Source of the DNA: Macrostomum hystrix
Lineage: Eukaryota; Animalia; Platyhelminthes
Reading direction: 5' to 3'
Assembly (NCBI GenBank): GCA_950097015.1
Contig: CATNEN010000039.1
Coordinates: 3,162,001-3,226,000 of the forward strand
DNA: 64,000 nt
Part shown: positions 63,631 to 64,000 of the stretch, piece after piece
Layout: every line of letters begins with the position of its first letter
How positions within the stretch are numbered: position 1 is the stretch's first letter
Translations under genes and position numbers: made by a program
Notes under the pieces: generated by a model
What the model was told of the DNA's origin: nothing
The model's database searches: none
What the model saw: the letters and a program-made list of their open reading frames with translations, nothing else

Positions 63631-64000
63631 TTCGTGAATGTCGACCATCTGAATTAAAGATTAATTAATTTTCAAAGCTGTCCGAGTCGGCATCGTCTAG
63701 ATGTTCAGCGATTGCTGTGTGAGTCCCTGGTGACAAGGACCTCTTTGGTTTATTAAATGAAAATAATTCGACATAATCATCAGATGCAAAAAATTCTGTG
63801 AAAATATGATTTTAGACTAAATATCTATTCCTTTTCCACCAGACACTCCGGCGAGACTCGTTGAATATCTCACGATGCCGATGTGCGATTCTGAAAGTTG
63901 TCTCATCGGGTTGAGTGCAAAGTTTTAGCCTACGATTTTCATGCCGATTGGTTGATTATTTTTGGACGTTACTTTTTGAACCGTTGTTTTTTTACAAAGT

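Overview
Eukaryotic (animal) genomic DNA with GC-rich exons encoding Ala/Gln-rich protein and introns packed with locus-private minisatellites. This style is typical of the flatworm Macrostomum, which is an inference only. Two spliced genes lie head-to-head, about 1.8 kb apart. On the minus strand is a 7-coding-exon TMEM132-family type-I membrane protein (26843->20081, about 1306 aa). On the plus strand is a RalGAP alpha subunit with 22 or more exons (28639->46923 plus alternative ends at 46994, 52601 or 60814, about 2550 aa). The left third is a near-identical ~10.2 kb tandem duplication (3171-13513 / 13514-23731) carrying the 3' half of TMEM132. Its breakpoint fuses a 32-bp minisatellite to mid-exon 4 and creates an in-frame gccATG, so the copy is an intact 688-codon truncated gene model. 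The window also holds about 25 tandem arrays (16-46 bp units, up to 4.8 kb), two tRNA-derived SINE families (one nested in the other with an 8-bp TSD) and a Mutator-like MITE with a 9-bp TSD. Most ORF-track entries are repeat translations. All gene models were spliced by hand and no database searches were run. I found no unambiguous new multi-gene system. The best leads are the breakpoint-born gene, the alternative last exons and the intronic arrays carrying splice signals.
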